Origin: the human T2T-CHM13v2.0 reference genome, Homo sapiens
Direction: 5' to 3' (one strand)
DNA: 64,000 bases
Assembly: GCF_009914755.1 (NCBI RefSeq)
Contig: NC_060938.1
Part shown: positions 29,284 to 42,033 of the stretch, one piece after another
How the letters are laid out: every line of letters begins with the position of its first letter
How positions within the stretch are numbered: position 1 is the stretch's first letter
The notes under the pieces: generated by a model
The model's input: the letters and a program-made list of their open reading frames with translations, nothing else
The model's database searches: none
What the model was told of the DNA's origin: nothing
Translations under genes and position numbers: made by a program

Positions 29284-29807
29284 GGGGGGAGGGGGGAAGG
29301 ATAGCATTAGGAGATATACCTAATGCGAAATGATGAGTTAATGGGTGCAGCACACCAACATGGCACATGTACACATATGTAACAAACCTGCATGTTGTGC
29401 ACATGTACCCTAGAACTTAAAGTGTAATAATAAAATTTAAAAAAAAACACATAAAGAGAAAAAAATGAATACTGTTTCACAAATTAAAAAAAAAATTATA
29501 ACCTTAACTTGATTTTACCCTAATGCCATACTATATATTCTTATATATAGCACAAGCTAACTGCACCTAAAATATAGGAAGAGTAATATCTAAACTGTTA
29601 CATGACAAATAAATTTCATTTGTTTACCTAGGTTCCTGTTTGAGAATAATCTATTTTTGCAGAACTGTTGAGGAAGACCAGGCACACTTATATAAAATAG
29701 AAAGATTCTTCATTTGGGAGAAAATATGTTTTATCTTTTACTTCTTCAATAAAATTTGTAAAAGACCAGATATTAAATTACTATCTCTTTCATAAAAAGA
29801 CAAAAAA
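29284..29807 (+). mobile_element. 5'-truncated L1PA (L1PA3-5-like) 3' end with ~350-bp 3' transduction
   Basis: L1PA 3' UTR 29284-29435; 18-bp TSD AATAAACTGCTAATATGT at 29266-29283 and 29808-29825. Confidence 0.85.
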
Positions 29808-31019
29808 AATAAACTGCTAATATGTAAAGAGTTTGATATGTTTTGACACATGTACACATCTGAGAACCTATCACTGCAATCAAGATAATCAACATAGTCA
29901 TCACCTCCAAAGCTTCCTCATACCCCTTTGTGATCTTTTTCTCCTTTTATTGCTGAGTAGTAGTCTATCATAAATATGCCCCAGGTTTTTTTATCCACTC
30001 ACACTTGTTTGTGGCCATTTGAATTTTTTCCAATTTTAAGCTATTATAAACAAAGCAGCAGTGAACATTTATGTGCAAATTTTTGAATGCACATAGGCTT
30101 TCATTTCCCTTGAATAAATATCTAGGAGGGAAATGGGGCTGGATTATATTCTATGTGTATGTGTAAAGTTTTAGAAACTGCACAGCTGCTTTCCAAAGTG
30201 GTTGTACCATTTTACATTCCTTACAAGGTCTGAGAGTTCCAGTTGCTCCACATTCTTATCAATACTTTCTAATTTTAGCCACTCTAAGAGGTGTGGTGTC
30301 TCATTGACATTTTAATTCACATTTCCTGAATAACTAATGACGTTGACAATCTCTTCATGTGTTTGTCATCTGTATATCTTTGGTGAAATATATGCCCAAT
30401 TTTCTACCCATATTTTTATTGTTTGTTTTGTTACCACTGAGTTGATTTTTTGTTTTGTTTTGCATTTTTCAGAGATAGGGTCTTGTTATGTTGCTCAGCC
30501 TGGACTGGAACTCCCAGGCTCAAGTGATCCTCCTACCTCAGCCTCCCACATAGCTGGGGATTGCCCATGCACACCACCATGCCTGACTTGTTATTACTGA
30601 GTTTTAAGGGTTCATTAAGTAATCTAGCTACAGGCTTTTATCAGATACGTGATTTGCAAATGTTTTCTCCCAGTCTGGCTTTATTTTTCATTTCCTTAAC
30701 AGTATATTTTGAAAAGCAGAAATTTTTTTGATAAAGTTTAGTTTATCAATATATTGTTTTGGGTCATATTTTCTTGCTTCTTTGCATGCTTAGTAAATTT
30801 TGCTTGGATGCCAGACATTTTCAGTAAATAATGCCACTTTATACTAAGCTTTAAATCAAGTCATAAGTCCTCCAACATTATTCTTCTGTTTCAAAATTAT
30901 CTGAGCTGTTCTAGCTATGTTACACTTCCATATGGAGTTTAGAATCAGCTGATTGTCTCCAGGTTTGGCTATAAAAATAAAGGAACCATGAACAATCATA
31001 TACAGGTTTTTTGTGGACA

Positions 31020-31757
31020 TCTTACAGTAGGTAGCTAGTCAGACCTAAACAAGGCAGGAAAGGGTTCCCCCATCACACACACACCAGGAATGTCAGGCAT
31101 CCATCAGGTGATGATTAGGCAGTTGCCAGCTGTCTCTCTAAAATAATATTTGGTCACAGCTTGCCCCAGGGAAAGGCAGTGTCCGAATAGATAGAAAAAA
31201 CCTGAAACTGGTGATCAGCAGCTTCCTGATAAGATCTCCAGAATTGGGCGAGTGGGCTCAAGCATGTGCACTAAGAGGCAAAATGAGAGTTTAACTCTAG
31301 GAATGCTAGACTGATAAGGGAAGAACACCTCAAGTGAGCATGCGTACAACTCCAGCAAACATACTGCGCATGCGCCCCCTCCCAAGTGCTACCAGGCCAC
31401 TACACATGCTTACAGCTCACTGCAGGGGAAAAATCAGGAAAAAAGCCAGGCAAGACCCTGAACGTATGCCAAGGTATACAACTCCAAGTCAAAGGTCAAA
31501 CAGTGCACTGGATCTCTCTATTTGCCTGCTTGGCCCTCTTCCAAGTGTACTTTACTTCGTCTCATTCCTGCTCTAAAGCTGTTCAGTAAATTTTCACTTC
31601 TGCTCTAAAACTTGCCTCAGTCTCTCCCTCCTTATGCCTCTCCATTGAATTCTTTCTTCTGAGGAGGCAAGAATTGAGGTTACTGCAGACTTGTATGGAT
31701 TTGTGGTTGGTAACATACTTTGGTGCCACATGACTCAGATACATTCTGCTGCTAACA
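31020..31757 (+). mobile_element. MER50 ERV1 solo LTR
   Basis: AGTAGGTAGCTAGTCAGAC...CACCAGGAATGTCAGGC...GCTAACA; TSD GACA/GACC. Confidence 0.85.
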
Positions 31758-33318
31758 GACCTAAGTTTTTGTTTCTCTGGGATAAATGCCCAGGAGTGCT
31801 ATTTGTGGGTCATATGGTAAGTATATGTTTGGTTTTTTAAAAAACTGATCAAGTATTTTCGAGAGTGGCTATACAATTTCACATTCCCACCAGCCATATA
31901 TAGAAGATCCAGTTTCTCTGCATCCTCACCAGGATTTGATATTGTCACTTATTTGCATTTGAGCTGTTCCGATAGATGTGTAGTAATTTCTCATTGTGGC
32001 CTTAATTTGCATTTCCCTGAGGCCAGTGCTATTGAACATCTTTTCATGTGCTTATTTTCCATCTGCATATCTTTTTCAGTGAAATGTCTCTTCATGTCTT
32101 TTGCTCATTTTCTGATTAAATTGATGACTTTTTTACTGTTACAGTTTGAGGGTTTTAAAATACATACTAGAGATACTAGTCCTATATGTAGTTTGCAAAT
32201 ATTTTCTCTCAATCTGTGGCCTGCTTTTTATTATTATTATTTTTAACAGGGTCTTTTGCAGAGCAAATTTTTTTTATTTTGAAGGAGTCCAATTTATTAA
32301 CCATTTCTTACATGAATCATGCTCTTAGCGTCATATCTAAGAATTCGTGACCAAGCAAGTAGAATATCAAACTAGAATATATTCCTTTCTTAAATCAGAC
32401 CAACAAAACTGTTGTGTCGATTCAAGTTTGAGTGAGTGAAGTCACGAGAACCAAAAATCCCAGAATTAACTGTCACCGTCGTATATTGTTTGTTTTCCAT
32501 GAACCCATGCATTGCTGTAAGCAATGTAATACTTCAGAAATGATCTCTCCCTTTTTTATAATGTAAGCTTTTTTGCTAGAAAAAAAAAATGATACACTGC
32601 TGAAAACTTAGGGAGACAAAACCAGAAAACCAAAGCAAAAACTGAAACAATGTATGAACTGAGTACATAATAGGCTCAGAAAAAGTCATCAAAGATATTG
32701 CAAAAAAAAAGAGAATAAAGCAAAGTGTTGTTTCTTTATTAGATGGGGCCACAGAGGAAGGAGTAGCAGACAGAAAAAAGCTGCAAAATAGCATTTTGAT
32801 CTGGTTTGATCTTGATCAACATCAAAAAAAATGATTAGGTGCAGAAAAGTTTAGTTACCACATAGACTTGGAAAAAGGAAGGACAAAGTTGCAGATGGCC
32901 TGAAACTAAGTAAGTAGCAAAGAAAATTCATTTCAATGGGCTGAGGCCCTGCAAACAGACGATCTTAGGGAATCTCAGTCAAGTCATTGCCTGTAATTGC
33001 AAACTTGACAACTGTGTATGGAATATTATTACAGTCACAGGGATGGCAATTTCAGATACATTCCACATTGTCCTCAGAATGATGCTTTCCAGTAAAAATT
33101 CTTGTCCCTAATCGATAGATAATGAAACTGGGGCCAAAAATCACATCATAAGAGTGGCACAACTGGAGCTGAAATGCTGGATCTTAGTGCATTTTTCCGG
33201 GAACACATCTGTGTCTTCCCAGATGGGGAGGTGGAGTGAGAAAGAGAGACAAAAACACCTTTCAGGATAGCAGGGACCGGAGGTCTGCTGACAGACACAG
33301 AGACACCTGACCCAAGAA

Positions 33319-33431
33319 GACAAAGAAGAAAGTGCACTGGGCCACGAATCAGAATTAGATCCTGCCCCAACTGCAGCTTACTAGCTGTGTCACCTTGGGG
33401 ATAGCTACTCTCCTGCCCTGGGCTTCTTTCT
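33319..33431 (+). repeat. Left copy of a ~110-bp MIR-derived direct repeat flanking the H1-8 retrocopy (right copy 34525-34644)
   Basis: Hand alignment ~80-85% identical, sharing CTGCAGCTTACTAGCTGTG and TACTCTCCTGCC. Confidence 0.75.
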
Positions 33432-33441
33432 GGGGGCAAGG

Positions 33442-34326
33442 GGTGGGAAAAGAAATAAAAGTCTTTATTGATAAATAGCTTACAATTATACAAACAGAGC
33501 AGTGGGTTTGTTGGGGAATAAAAACTAGGGCAGAGGCTCAATCTCTCTCCATTTCCACCCCGGCGCTAGGCCTCAGCCCTCTGATTGAACACTTTGGATG
33601 ATGAGGCCTTGATGGACAACCCAGGCTTTCTCAGGCCCTTGGAGGCCTCTGTCTTCCCGGTCAGGTGTGCAGGCACCACCTTGGACCCACTGCCCCTAGC
33701 AGGAGAAGCTGCCTTGGTGTTTGGCTCCTGCCCAGCACCCTGGGCAGCTGCCCTTTTAGGGGCCTTGGCCTTGGCCACCACCTTCTTTTTGGTGGGGGAA
33801 GCAGCACCGTTCTTGACCTTGCTAGCCGTGGGTTTTGAACTCTTACTCCCAGCTTTGATATTCCTGTGAGCCTCAGCGTCTCCTTAGCTGCTCCTGCTGC
33901 CTTTGGCCTTTGGCTTCTTGCTGAGCCCACTGGCACAGGAAGAGGCCTACATGGCTTTGCCTTTGTGTCCTCAGCCTCACTGCCCTGCTGGGGGGGGTGG
34001 GGGCTTCTCCTTGGCTGCATCTAATTTGGGAGACGTCGGCAGCTCTGCTGGCCTCTTGGCTGCTTTTTTCACCTTGCCCGAGTTGGGAGGGTCCTTCTTT
34101 GCCTCACCTGGTTTGTTGGGGCCCTTTCCCCTGGCCTCATTAGCTATCCTGGGGGCTGTCCGGGGGAGCCATCTTCCTAGACTGAATTTTCATCTTGTAC
34201 TTGGGAATGAATTTGAAGCTGCCAGCAGCCCCCCAGCCTTGGAGTTGAGGGGCCTGGCGAGGAGGTTGAGGTACACGCTGGTGGCCAGGACCTGCTTCAG
34301 TATGTACTTGAAGTGGAGGATGTCCC
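33442..34326 (-). pseudogene. Processed, 5'-truncated pseudogene of oocyte-specific linker histone H1-8 (H1FOO)
   Basis: Minus-strand translation DILHFKYILKQVLAT...LLARPLNSKA...GSFK...KVKKAAKRPA...KPTASKVKNGAASPTKKKVVAKAKAPK...GSGSKVVPAHL...KASSSKVFNQRAEA* matches recalled H1-8; no introns; frameshifts; stops at 33947-33949 and 33884-33886; 3' UTR with AATAAA at 33464-33469 (-). Confidence 0.93.
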
Positions 34327-34771
34327 CAGGAGAACCAGTCCTTCCAGCCGTTCCAGAGTGTCTTGTGTCCCAGCCTGCTAGGCTGGAGTAGAGGAGGTCA
34401 GAAGAGGAGGCAGCTTGGCCTGTTCTGGGGATTCAGAAGCTAGCCACCCTCCCCAGTCCAGACCCTGGGCCCGATTCAGCGTAGCAGGTGCTGGAGGATA
34501 GATAGCGTGCTAACCGCTGATGGGGACAGAGAAGCTGAAAGAGCACTTGGCCATGAATTGGAACTAGATTCTGCCCCAGCTCTGCAGCTTACTAGCTGTG
34601 CGGCCTTAGGGAAAGTTACTCTCCTGCCTTGGGCCTCGGTTTCCTAGTAAAATGAGGGGATTGGACCAGATGACCTTTGCTATTACTTCACATTCTAACA
34701 ATCTATGATCCTGGCTATTATTTGAAAACTCAGAGGGATTCTAGCAAAGCTTATGGAAGACTACAGTGTTC

Positions 34772-35068
34772 TTTTTTTTTTTTTTTTTTTTTTGAGACAG
34801 AGTCTTTCTCTGTCGCCCAGGCTAGAGTGCAGTGGCAGCGATCTCGGCTCACTGCAACCTTTGCCTCCCAGGTTCAAGCAATCTTCTTGCCTCAGCCTCC
34901 CGAGTAGCTGGGATTACAGGCATGCACCATCACACCCGGCTAATTTTTGTGTTTTTAGTAGAGACGTCATGTTGGTCAGGCTGGTCTTAAACTCCTGACC
35001 TCAGGTGATCCACCCGCCTTGGCCTCCCAAAGTGCTAGGATTACAGGTGTGAGCCACCGTGCCCAGCC
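34772..35068 (-). mobile_element. AluS
   Basis: TSD CAGTGTTCT. Confidence 0.95.
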
Positions 35069-35556
35069 CAGTGTTCTGTTTATAGAGCAAATACAGATTT
35101 TTCACTATTTCTGCTGCTTTGCCCAACATCCCTTTCATCTGCTCTTTTGGGGGTGATGTCCTTCTCAGAGTCCATGGGATTCTGTTGAGGCTGCCAATCA
35201 GAGTGCTGGGCCCTAGCCCTGGACACACTCATTGGCCTAAGAGTTGATTACTAGACCCAAGAAGACCAATCAGAATCTTTCCCTGAATGCGTATGTGTGG
35301 ATACAAGGAAAAAAAGAGAACTCACTTCTCGGGTTGCAGAACCAATACAAACCTGGAGATGTGTGCTCCCTACCCTCCTCCCTACCATCCCGTCCCTCCC
35401 GGTGTAGACACCTCTTCATCTTTCCCCCTCATCATGGTGGCTCATCTAGGGCAGGAGAGAGAAGCGGAGGCAGGAACCGGCAGGAAGGAGGGAGGTCGGG
35501 CAGTGGCCTTACTACAGGAACATGTCAGATGTCAGATTCCCCGTATTTGGAGGGGG

Positions 35557-36280
<724 letters not shown>

Positions 36281-36282
36281 TG

Positions 36283-36582
<300 letters not shown>

Positions 36583-36714
36583 TGATTTTTTTGCTGTCAT
36601 AGACAATCCCATGATGAACATCCTCGCTTGAGTGGCTAATTGTTTCCTTAGGAAAGATTCTGACACTTGGAGTTACTAGGCTGATGTGGAGACCCTTTAA
36701 AAAGCTCTAGATAA

Positions 36715-36981
36715 GGCTGGCTGTGGTGGCAAAATACTATAATCCCAGCTCCTCAGGAGTCCCAGGCAAAAGGATCACTTGAGGCCGGGAGTTTGAGATC
36801 AGCCTGGGCCTTGTCCCCATACAAAAATTAGCCAGGCATGGTGGTACCTACCTGTAGTCCTGGCTACCTGGGAGGCTGAGGCAAGAGGATCTCTTGAGCC
36901 CAGGTGTTTGAGTTTACATGATTGCGCCACTGCACTCCACCAGCTGGGGTGACAGAGACCCTGTCTCTAAAATAAATAAAA
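36715..36981 (+). mobile_element. AluJ in an old L1 fragment
   Basis: TSD AA(A/G)AGCTCTAGATA. Confidence 0.85.
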
Positions 36982-37738
36982 TTAAGAGCTCTAGATAGAT
37001 AAAAATTGCCAGGTGTCTTTCCAGAAAGATAATACCAGTTCACATTCTGACAAAATTGTCCGAGTACTTTTGTCACTGTACATACTACATTTTATTTATA
37101 AACATTTGTCAATTTGATTGATAAAAATTATGTCTTATTTTAATATGTATTTCTCTGATTACTAGAGAGGGTGAATCTTTTTTGTAGCTGAATGGCATTT
37201 TTATTTCTTCTATAAATTACAGTCCACTGCTGTTTTTCCCCATTCAATTTTAGTGCTGCCCTCATGGATTGATAACCATTTTGTCATATTTGTACAGACA
37301 GCTTTTTCTTGTTTGCCATTTGTCTTTTAATTCTGTTTATGAGGATTTAGAGTTTTTCAAAAGGAAAATATCCCTGCAAACTGATGAGTCCTGAATGTTA
37401 TTTTTTTTTACCTGGATGAGTTTCTGCTTTGCTTCCAGGAATTGCTTCTGTGCCTGAGGCAGGGGGCTGGCAGGGGTTGGAGGGCCAGGGTCAGGGCTCA
37501 GCTCTCCTGGTGCAGGGGCAGGCCCATACTCCTGGGATCCCAATTCAGCCTCACAAACCCGAAGCTAAAGAACTGCAAATGGTTCTTTAGACTGGCCGCC
37601 ACCTCCATTTTATGATCTCTATCTTTTTCTATCTCTCTCTCTTTCTTTCTGTCTTTCTTTCCTTCTTTCTTCTGGGGGCTGTGAAGGTGGTTCATTCCCG
37701 GGATTTACAAGGTCTAAAAATCAGTTTTGAAAAACCAG

Positions 37739-38234
<496 letters not shown>

Positions 38235-38639
38235 TTAAATTGAAGCATTTCTGGAAAAGGCATCCCACGTGGGAAGGAAGACCCTGCATGTCGGCATGCG
38301 GAACCCCACCAGCAGCACACACAGATGTACCACAGTCGGGCCTACTCCGCAGCCCTGCCCTGGGGGCAGAGCCTGTGGGGTTCGCTGTCACTATCGTTGT
38401 TCATTTGCTTTTTGGTACTTTGGTAAATTGTGTCCTATATATGTGTCTGAGTATACAAAGATAGTCCCTAACCTGCATTCTAAAGTGATGGGGCCGACGA
38501 ACAATTGGGCTTTTGATCTAACAAGTTCGGTCCCCAAGCTGAGAGCCAGAGTTTAATCGCTCAGGGCATGAAGAAAGATTTTAAAAGCCATAAAGGCAGA
38601 AAGAGGGAAATAGAGGAAACGGGTGCCTGGCACCTGAAG

Positions 38640-38797
38640 AGAAACTGAGGAAAGAATGATGAGGTTTGAAGGAGATTCTAAGGAATTTTACCGTGAGGCG
38701 TGCAACGCAGACCTTCTCCCTCATCTGGATGAAAACCAGGGAAGTCCCCATTCCCCACAGGTGCGCTTGGAGCTGGGCCATCAGATCAGATGAAGAG
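38640..38797 (+). pseudogene. Putative decayed coiled-coil exon of the OLFM4-like pseudogene (equivalent to OLFM4 exon 3)
   Basis: LKEILRNFTVR...TFSLIWMKTREV...DQMK then GTAAGA donor, versus recalled OLFM4 EKKLLNLTVR...DFELIKVEVKEM...DQLEVE|gt. Confidence 0.5.
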
Positions 38798-39633
38798 GTA
38801 AGAAGAGCCTTGCAGTGGACGCAGGGTGATCACCAAGGGAGGGGGTGGAAGGCCAGCCAAGTCCAGGCTGCAGAGCCATGGGGCACTGGCAGCAGTGAGA
38901 CAGCCGCTCTGTGTGACCAGGCTGGGGAGGCAGTGCTCTGGGTCACCTGCCTGCGCTGGGCTGGACGGCGAGATGACACCTTCATCCCTCTTTCAGCCAC
39001 ACTGTCCAGAGTGAGTTCACACCCTCATTATATCTCACCTGGAACATTCCAGCAGCCCTTCACTTGTCCTCCCCCACACACCAACATGATCTGTCTGAAT
39101 CACAAATCTGATCCCACTTCTCCTTGATGATAACATTCGATGTCTCCCCATGTGCCAGCCTTTCCTGTGTATTCAAGGCCCAGAGACAAGGCCCCGTCCC
39201 AGTTCCCCTCCTCAGGGTTTCTTCCCTGTTCACCTCTGCTCAGCCACACAGGGTCAGCCCTTGACAACCTTCATATCCTTATACATGCCCTTCCCCTTTT
39301 GCTGCCTCAGGAACTCTTATTCATGTCCCATCTTAAATGCCTAATGCTTGGATCTCCCTGGGAAGTTTATACTCCCTTCTCTGGGCTCCCAAAGCACATC
39401 AAACCTACATGGATTCTTGTAAAGGGAACAGGTAAAGCCTCTGAGTACTTCCCACACACCAGGAACTCAGCTAAGCCCTTTCATATATTAGCTCATTGAA
39501 TCCACAGCCCTAAGAGATCAGTCCCACTGTTAATCCATTTATGAATGAGGAGACTGAAGCCAAGAGAAGTTATACGCCTGGCCCAAGGGCACACAGCTAC
39601 AGCAGCCGACCTGGGATTTAAGGTGTCTCACAT

Positions 39634-40236
39634 TGTAACTGGGCAGTTTCACTTCAAAATGCATTTTAAAACCTTTCTCCCCATTTGTCTTTCTTCCCTA
39701 GTCTCGAGACGTAACCTTGAAGCAAATGGTAGAAGCCTTTTCCCTTAACCTTAAATTAGACTCCACACCCCTCCCTTTCCCACCATATACTCTCTTCACA
39801 TTTATCTAACTGTATGCTAGTATCTAATTACGTGCTTACTTAGAAGGTTCCAGGGGTTAATCTTGAGACAGACAGACCAATCTTGAGACAGACAGACCAA
39901 GCCTGGAGACCCAGCTGCAAAATTCCAGCAATTACCTCCAGGCAGCTACTCAACAACCCAGCTATTGTTGAGATGATGTCAGCCCACGTTCCAGGTGGAC
40001 CAAGACCCAAGACAGCCACCGAAACAAGACACACAGACCTTGTACTCAACATACATCCTGCCTGCCTCCCAGATCAAGTTTCCCTTTTTAAGCTCTTGCC
40101 TTCTCCCCAGAAACTCAAAATGGTTACTTTGGATATGACTCTGGTCATTTCCCCATTGCTAGTTTTGATAAATAAAGTCACTTTCTTTCCTCGCCCTTGT
40201 TACTGGGCTTTGCAAGCAGACCTGTATTCCACTACA
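39634..40236 (+). mobile_element. ERV1 solo LTR (MER66-like, subfamily uncertain)
   Basis: TG...CA ends, AATAAA ~40171, internal 20-bp tandem duplication AATCTTGAGACAGACAGACC. Confidence 0.6.
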
Positions 40237-40434
40237 AAACCATCCCATTATGTCTCTCGAAGTACTTCCCATGTGTGTCTTAAATGTGACCACATCAGTA
40301 GCTCCCAAACCCGTTTAGCCTCAGGGTGACCTGTGGGCCCTGCTCAGATGTAGGCAAACAGAAGCTCTTGTGGTAAGGCCCAGAGTCTGTCACTTTTAAA
40401 AGCTGTTCAGGTGAGACAGAGGCTCAGCTAGGCT

Positions 40435-40526
40435 TAGGGTGACTAACTATCCTGGTTTGTTTGGGACTGTGGGGTTTCTTGGGAGGTAGCAAAGCCCTGG
40501 GCAAACTGGAATGAGCTGGTCTCCCA
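40435..40526. mobile_element. MER94-like hAT-Blackjack element
   Basis: TAGGGTGACTAACTATCCTGGTTTG...GGGCAAACTGGAATGAGCTGGTCTCCCA. Confidence 0.7.
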
Positions 40527-40639
40527 GGTAGGAGGTTCAGACGTGACTCGAGCATCAGGCTCTTCTCAGGACGTTCAGCTCTCTGTGCCTGGGAACCTTT
40601 CAGTACCCAACAGTGTCTGACACACGAGGTGTTCAGTAA

Positions 40640-40746
40640 GTAGAGAGAAATGTGCCTTGCACCTGGAGCTCAACAAACGAACAATTTTCTTCAGCTTTAG
40701 GCTCAACTGGAAAATAGTCTTCAGGGGCCTTGAACATGGGGTGCAG
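40640..40746 (+). pseudogene. Putative decayed exon of the OLFM4-like pseudogene (equivalent to OLFM4 exon 4)
   Basis: RNV...HLELN(fs)TNNFLQL*AQL versus recalled RNMT...KLETLDKNNVLAIRREI; phase-1 end G|GTGAGT matches the phase of the 45077 exon. Confidence 0.45.
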
Positions 40747-42033
40747 GTGAGTGTCAGTGGGCACAGCCCTGATCTTGCTCTGCCCTACCCCACACCGCTC
40801 ATCCTCAGAAACCAGTCTGGATTAGGGACAACCCGGTGGCTGGGGTCAGCTGGCAGGCAGCCAGGCAGGGTTCTGCTCCCCAGAGACCGGTAAGTGATCC
40901 CTGCTCTTCCCAGCCATGCCTAAGCCATATGCACCCCCAAGAAGCCTCAAAGAGTGGGCAATGTCCATGAAGTCTGGGCTCTTGGTGAACACTGGTCACC
41001 AAGCATTCACCAAGATGTTCATACAGATAGGGAAATGAGTCCCATCGAAGACAATTCGCATATGTTGTTTGTAAAAGAAGGAAATGACATCTTTGCCCAA
41101 TGAATATGCTGCAGATATATTTTCCCAGGCAGTCCTTGGTCTTTGGACTATGTATGGTATTTTTTTCCCACAGTGATGTTTAAAATTTTTTTATGAGTCA
41201 TGTACTATATCAATCTCCTTTCTTTGGGGTTTTATGCCCTGCTGAGAAAGCTTCCCCCACTTCTTGATTTCTTCTAGAACTTTCACAAATTTTGGGGAGT
41301 ACAAAAGGTAGGTTAGGGATCTAGTATTTCTTTCCCCCCAGTTAGGCCCAGATAGGAGAGATGACTTCTCCAAAGTCAGAGTGGGTCTGGTGTCTGCTAG
41401 GATGAGGGTGCCCCATCCAGACCTCATCTCCCTGTCACTACCCCAAGTCTGCATAAAGATCTCTTCTTTAACCAGTCTCTTCAGAAGGCCTTAAAAGAGT
41501 AACTGTTTTCACAACTTGCCTTCATGTATCCTTTCTTGAGTTACAGTCACTCATGCGTGAGGCTTTCCTCGTCCTTACTCTGAGACTGTGTTCATCTTTG
41601 AGGCTCCCACCTACCCACAATACCCTGCGCAGTGCTCTGTATATCATTCATATTTGGGAATTAGACTGAGATATATGCCCCCAGCTGGCAGTGTGAAGGC
41701 CCTTGGATTTCCAAAATGCAGAGGCAAGGGATTTGGTGGGCTAAGTGAGTGTAGGCCCCTCTGTTCCTTAAGATCCCATGTCATGGCAGGGACTGGGGTA
41801 CCCACTCAAGTGTGCCCTCGGTGTTCCCTTCCCTTCTCGCACTGGGTGGTATGAAGCAGCTGCTGGGTTCACAGGATATGGGGCGTGATCTGTGGAGGAA
41901 CACAGAGGAGGGAGTAGATAGGAAGGGAAATTCAGCTCCTGTGCCTGATCTTGGGCCTTCTCCCATCAGCCCACCTCTTGGGTGTATTTCTTGGACCACA
42001 GGACCAGAATGGCCGAAACTGAAGAAAAGCAAT

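Larger units (their letters stand above)
29230..32350 (-). mobile_element. Old L1 (L1MB/L1MC-like) pieces hosting an L1PA, a FLAM (30470-30586) and MER50
   Basis: Antisense L1 motifs TTCCAAAGTGGTTGTACCATTTTACATTCC and CATTCCCACCAGCC. Confidence 0.75.

Noticed and set aside
33566-33781. Open 71-aa H1-8 C-terminal ORF as a functional gene
   Set aside because: It starts at an internal GTG; the upstream frame has stops and frameshifts, and most of the globular domain is missing.
33903-34391. 162-aa + strand ORF, and 33585-33869
   Set aside because: Antisense shadows of the GC-rich H1-8 pseudogene.
37337-37543. Pro-rich minus-strand ORF with a CAG|GTAAAA donor-like site
   Set aside because: No recognisable homology or partner exon.
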